64,000 nucleotides of DNA from the NCBI GenBank assembly GCA_049510215.1, contig JBEKZD010000026.1, forward strand, positions 1,289 to 65,288, in the 5' to 3' direction. The position numbers were made by a program, and so were the translations under genes. Source of the DNA: Verrucomicrobiia bacterium (GTDB lineage Bacteria > Verrucomicrobiota > Verrucomicrobiia > Palsa-1439). Shown here in pieces: positions 59,970-64,000 of the stretch. The notes under the pieces were generated by a model. That model saw nothing but the letters and a program-made list of their open reading frames with translations, was not told where the DNA came from and did no database searches. Each line of letters opens with the position of its first letter. The stretch's first letter is position 1.

Positions 59970-60662
59970 TTAGTTCACTTTCGCCTTTTTGCGAAATGCC
60001 AGTCCGAGCCCCGTCAAACCCAGTCCCAACAATACGATTGTAGAGGGTTCTGGAACAGCCATAAAGAGAACATCCTGCGCGGGATCGCTATATACACCAC
60101 CATTGTGAGACTCCCACAGGTCCAAAACAGAAACACCGTAAAGCCCAGAAGCACCAGATGACTCGTTCCAAAACGTCGTTGCTAGTCCCGCCGGTAGGTT
60201 GGTGATTTCTTGTTCTTCATACCAGATGGCATTCTGGAGGCCGGTTTGCGATGCATTATCGCCAGTGTAATTGGGGAGAGTCCCAAGTGTAAACTGGCTG
60301 AATAACCATGCAGTTCTAGCATCAATCGGATCAGGGTCACCACCACCAACTCCACCGGGAATCGCTGCGTTGGTAACATTAGCGTAGTAAGTATCACCTG
60401 CACTGATGTACTCATTTAATTCAATACAGTAGGTGAAAAAATCAAAACCCTGGGTCACGTCCGTGAACTTGAATACTCCCCCATTCGGGCTGGATCCAGC
60501 TATTTGCCCGATATACTTCACCTGATCTCCAGATATTACCATTGAACCTGCAAAAACCGGCGCAGAGGCAATCAAAGCGCCGAAGAGAACCAACGCCGCG
60601 ATCATGGCCAGTTTTTTATATGTTGAATCTTTGATCATTGGACTAATCTCCTTCGTTTTCAT
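59970..60662 (-). CDS. PEP-CTERM sorting domain protein (lower GC)
   Basis: Signal peptide, TYCIE, LQNAIW, C-terminal VPEPST followed by a TM helix and RKK. Confidence 0.92.
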   Translation of the reverse strand: MKTKEISPMIKDSTYKKLAMIAALVLFGALIASAPVFAGSMVISGDQVKYIGQIAGSSPNGGVFKFTDVTQGFDFFTYCIELNEYISAGDTYYANVTNAAIPGGVGGGDPDPIDARTAWLFSQFTLGTLPNYTGDNASQTGLQNAIWYEEQEITNLPAGLATTFWNESSGASGLYGVSVLDLWESHNGGVYSDPAQDVLFMAVPEPSTIVLLGLGLTGLGLAFRKKAKVN

Positions 60663-61019
60663 ACCGTCACTAAGGGTGAAATAGGAGGGAAAAAGCGGGA
60701 GACGCGCCGGCCCAACCAGCGAGTCTTCTTACATAGCGATCTATGTTGAGACATACCTTGATTCCCTTGATTCCCTTCTGCCCTAGAACAAACCCTAGCC
60801 ACGATAAACTCGCTTACCCTAGATGCAAGGCCCCATCTATACCGATCTTCATTGTAGCAGGGATTGACAGCGCTGTCAAGTTCAAGTTCCGGACCCGCAT
60901 GTCTCGCTCGGCCAGTGTTTTCAAGTCTTGGAGGCTTCCCCCTCGACGGCAAAACGAGCGCTGTTACACGTTCCCGCTGCGTCTGGAACGGGCCGGACAA
61001 GCGGCGAAACGCGCCAATT

Positions 61020-61094
61020 GCAGGCGTAGCATGGTGGTAATGCGCCAGCCTTCCAAGCTGGTGAGGAGGGTTCGATTCCCATCGCCCCGCTCCA
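61020..61094 (+). pseudogene. Degenerate tRNA-Gly (TCC)
   Basis: D-arm and anticodon arm (CCAGC-CT-TCC-AA-GCTGG) are intact; there is an A:A mismatch in the T-stem and a mismatch plus an extra base in the acceptor stem; CCA is present. Confidence 0.7.
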
Positions 61095-61157
61095 GCCTTC
61101 GCTCGGAGCACTGCGCAGAGCGAAGGTTGATCTCCCGAGCTACGGCTCGGCACGCCA
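61095..61157 (+). repeat. tRNA-3'-linked structured repeat
   Basis: GCCTTCGCTC..GAGCGAAGG hairpin; GAGCTACGGCTCGGCACGCCA matches 19695-19675 at 20/21 nt. Confidence 0.7.
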
Positions 61158-61174
61158 GTTTCCGCGCGGAGCGT

Positions 61175-61225
61175 GGAGAGGTACCGAAGTGGCCAAACGG
61201 GGCAGACATCCATCCCTCTCCACCA
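61175..61225 (+). pseudogene. Internally deleted tRNA, Tyr-like
   Basis: GGAGAGG-TA-CCGAAGTGGCCAAACGG-G-GCAGAC is fused to AT-CCATC-CCTCTCC-A-CCA; the region from the anticodon to the T-loop is missing. Confidence 0.75.
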
Positions 61226-61702
61226 TCATCTATTATTATTGCTCGGGCGTCGCGGGAAGAGCCATTCTAGCCGCTAGACCTGAGGACCGCGGCACGGGGT
61301 CTTCTGCGCGAGCAGGTTGTTGAAAAACGAGCCAGACTGGGACAGGTTGAACTGATGAATTTAGGAGGATGGCGTCGCGAGCCCCGTCGGACAGGTCGTT
61401 CTCTGAGTTTGTCTCGGCGGGGCTGGGGACAACTGCGGCAAATGCACTTGTTCATTTCGGCAGCACGCCCCGCTGGCCTGCGAGAGCGGCGATGAACGGC
61501 AGCGCCTGGGGTTTACGCCAAGCCCATCGAATTGACTTCTGGCCGTGTGCGGTGGCGTTCGCAAACAGGTCGACTTGTGACTTTGTCTTGGCGCGTACTG
61601 GGTACGGTTTCAGAGGATGCCGCTTGGGCGCTGACTTGTGATTCTAGCAAGAGCGCTTCGGTGAGAATTTCCTGACCGAACAAGTTCAGCGATCAACCAC
61701 GC

Positions 61703-62490
61703 TCATTGAACCGGAGCTACCGACAAGGTTGCCTGTGCCTTCGCGCGCACCTGCTCAGACGGATCGGAGGCCGCCGTTCGTTGCAGCAACGCCACGGCCT
61801 GATCGTTGTGCACTTGCGCCACCGCCGTCACAGCGTTTTCCCGAATGGCCTCGTTCGGATCGTTGAGCAACTGCTGGAACACGCCGAGCGCATCAGCCCC
61901 AAAACTCCGGGCCAATTCTTGAATGGCTGTTTGCCGGATGCCGACGTCCATGCCGCCTTCCGCGACTCCAGCCAGCACGCGCTGGGCGGCATCGTTGTGA
62001 ATCGCGCCAACGGCCAGAAGCATCTTCTTCTGCACGTCTGGATTCGTTTCGGTCTGGATAAGCTGCGTCAGCACGGGCAAGGCATCCGGCTGGCCGGCCA
62101 GGGATTGTGCAGCGGCGAATCGGAGTTGCGGATCGGTCTGACCGGCCGCGATCTGGCTGAGTATCGCAACCGACTCTGGATCCTGGCGCTGGCCCAGGGC
62201 CGCAACAATCTCGCGTTGGAGACTGAATGAGCTTTCGCAAGCGTTGCATCTGCCGCTCCATCCTGGATCCTACCCAAGGCGTGAATCAGCATCAGCTTGC
62301 CGCGCACGTCATCCGTTTCGTTGTAGCCGGCAGCGATTGCTGCGGCGCCACCGGCGCCGAGACCAGCCAGGCGATCCTCAATCGCCTTGGTCTCTTGCTG
62401 GCGTCGGGTTACCAAGGCTTTGGCATCATCCCAACTGAGCGCTCCGGCGTACCCGTAGAGCTTCTTCTCATCCTGCAACGCAGCCATGAC
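61703..62490 (-). pseudogene. Frameshifted HEAT-repeat protein
   Basis: ...LIHALGRIQDGAADATL switches frame near 62240 to ESSFSLQREIVAALGQR...LPVLTQLI; the HEAT repeats continue to 61703. Confidence 0.65.
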
Positions 62491-62628
62491 GGAGGCTTTC
62501 AGGGCGGCAGAAACAACAACCGCCGCGATTTGTCCTGCGGATAAAAAGATTCTCCACGGGATGCCCAATGCGGTAATGGCGCCGTGTTGCGCATAGCGGA
62601 GTCGAAAGGGCGCCAGCGACAGCAGCAA

Positions 62629-63363
62629 TTACGGGGAGTCCCAGCCCATCAATCGCGAGATGGACGCCGCTACCGCGGGATCGTCCGGGAAGATGACGGG
62701 CAGTTCTTTGGTGCGCACCGTTTTGTCTCCAACGCGGCGAGCCAAGACCTTCACTGGACAGCCGCAAGCACTGTAGAAGAAGGTGACTGGGCGCTCCGCG
62801 GCGTCGGGCCAAAAGTCTTGGACGGGCATTCCCGTGTCGCGGACCACAGCATTTAGAATCGAGGTCGCGCCCTTCGATTCCTCGAGCAAGAACGATTTTC
62901 CTTCCTCATTGTCCAGCATGATGAACAGGTTCTTGCCGGCGAAAGAGGATGTCGGTGGATGAGTCGCGGGGACAACCCGAGTCTTCCACAGGCTTACCCC
63001 GGTGCGGCGGAAAACCAGAGCGCCGAGGCCGGGTTTCTCGGTGCTCACGTGCATCGAAATGTGCAATTTGCCGTCGGTTGTCGGCTCGCCATAAGCGTCG
63101 AGGATGGCAAACGTGCGGCCTTGGCCGTCATCGGGCTGATAACGGCGCTCAATCTCACGCAATGCCTGCGCGATGCTCGGAGGTTTCGCGCCGAAATCGA
63201 GTTCAACGGTCACCATCACCGACTGGGCGACCTCCATGGTGGGCAAAGATTCTACAGGGTGCTGCGGCGAGGGCGTTGGGGGCCGTCCCTGCTGGCCGCA
63301 AGCTGATAGGGCAAGCCAACCGACAAACAGCAACCCGGTCACCTGCAGGCGAAACGTGGCCAT
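62629..63363 (-). CDS. Hypothetical lipoprotein
   Basis: Lipobox LSAC; conserved-looking RTFAILDAYG, YSACGCPVK, IFPDDP. Confidence 0.65.
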   Translation of the reverse strand: MATFRLQVTGLLFVGWLALSACGQQGRPPTPSPQHPVESLPTMEVAQSVMVTVELDFGAKPPSIAQALREIERRYQPDDGQGRTFAILDAYGEPTTDGKLHISMHVSTEKPGLGALVFRRTGVSLWKTRVVPATHPPTSSFAGKNLFIMLDNEEGKSFLLEESKGATSILNAVVRDTGMPVQDFWPDAAERPVTFFYSACGCPVKVLARRVGDKTVRTKELPVIFPDDPAVAASISRLMGWDSP

Positions 63364-63464
63364 ACAAACCTCGGTACCTTTCAGCGGCGGCAGACGCCGG
63401 CCGCCCGCGGCGACCAGACGCGGGCGCCGCGGGCGGTTGTGGAAGTCCGGTTACTCGATTTCAC

Positions 63465-64000
63465 TTACTGCGCCGTAGCGTACGCCTGGGCCGAGTTGGC
63501 GCTCGTACCTGCGCAATTGGCCGCTGAGAAGACGTAGTAGTACGTCTTTCCCCTGGTCAATCCGCTATCGGTGTACGTCAACGACGTGATTCCGGTGGCG
63601 ATGCTTGAGTACGAACCGCCGCTGACCGTCGAGCGTAGCACGTTGTACGTGATCGGGGCGCTGCCGGAGGAGCAAGCCGTCCAAGTCAATGTGCACTTGC
63701 CGGTGCCGGCCGTGCATTTCGGTGAGCCCGGGCAACCCGGCTTAGTGCAGGTCACAATCACCTTGAACGAGGCACTCGCCGTATTGCCGGACGCATCGGT
63801 GGCCGTGCAGGTCACGGTGTTGGTTCCTTGCGCGAAGGCGGTGCCGCTGGCCGGGGTGCAGTTATAGGTCACGCCCGAGCAGTTGTCGCTGACGGTTGGT
63901 GTAAACGTCACCACGGCGCTGCTGGCGCAGGTATTGGTGGTGATGTTGGCCGGACAGGTGATCGTCGGCTTGGTCGTGTCGGTGGCAACAATCACCTTGA
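63465..64000 (-). CDS. C-terminus of a HYR + fibronectin-III domain protein (runs off the window)
   Basis: DTTKPTITCP..SDNC..G.NTVTCTATDASGN (HYR); YNVLRST.SGG.Y..YTD..L..GKTYYY (FN3). Confidence 0.85.
   Translation of the reverse strand, partial: KVIVATDTTKPTITCPANITTNTCASSAVVTFTPTVSDNCSGVTYNCTPASGTAFAQGTNTVTCTATDASGNTASASFKVIVTCTKPGCPGSPKCTAGTGKCTLTWTACSSGSAPITYNVLRSTVSGGSYSSIATGITSLTYTDSGLTRGKTYYYVFSAANCAGTSANSAQAYATAQ

Noticed and set aside
60757-60778. CCTTGATTC tandem repeat upstream of the PEP-CTERM gene
   Set aside because: Only about 2.5 copies of a 9-mer, with no supporting context.
44146-61225. Link between the RAYT amber codon and the altered tRNA-Tyr (amber suppression or recoding)
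   Set aside because: The tRNA remnant has no anticodon, and TAG terminates normal genes in this window such as ybeY.
61261-61326. GCCATTCTAGC as a third tRNA 5' end, and CAGGTTGTTGAAAAA as an IS terminus
   Set aside because: Both matches are too short; I found no rest of a tRNA, partner repeat or transposase.

Overview
GC-rich bacterial chromosomal window, probably Verrucomicrobiota (inferred from the PEP-CTERM protein, a secreted protein with a DxDGDG/..FYRV C-terminus, three-domain IspG and long-type IlvC). The backbone is housekeeping: hldE-kinase, phoH-ybeY, recO, lpxA, moeB, leuA/ilvC/ilvN, purA-uppS-cdsA-dxr-rseP-ispG, apt, a sigma70 factor, ppdK and proBA. Several layers of small selfish DNA sit on top. 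(1) A REP family, clustered around a RAYT (HUH-Y1) transposase whose catalytic Tyr codon is now TAG, has inserted in frame into ybeY, cdsA, dxr, ispG (three times) and proB. (2) A separate class of 15-20 bp mini-palindromes lies inside lpxA, moeB and a GDSL esterase and is nested inside REPs. (3) A 335-bp unit carrying only a GIY-YIG nuclease sits at the 3' end of tRNA-Ala(CGC), bounded by a 23-bp direct repeat. (4) A complete 2353-bp IS1-family element has perfect 18-bp TIRs and an 8-bp TSD, and carries passenger ORFs plus a tRNA-like cloverleaf upstream of its transposase. Also present are a Leu-rich leader/terminator attenuator before leuA, a YxDPGTG small protein-methyltransferase-sulfatase-like module, and decayed tRNA-Gly and tRNA-Tyr copies. 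No CRISPR array or rRNA was seen. All family assignments come from motif recognition by eye, not from database searches.
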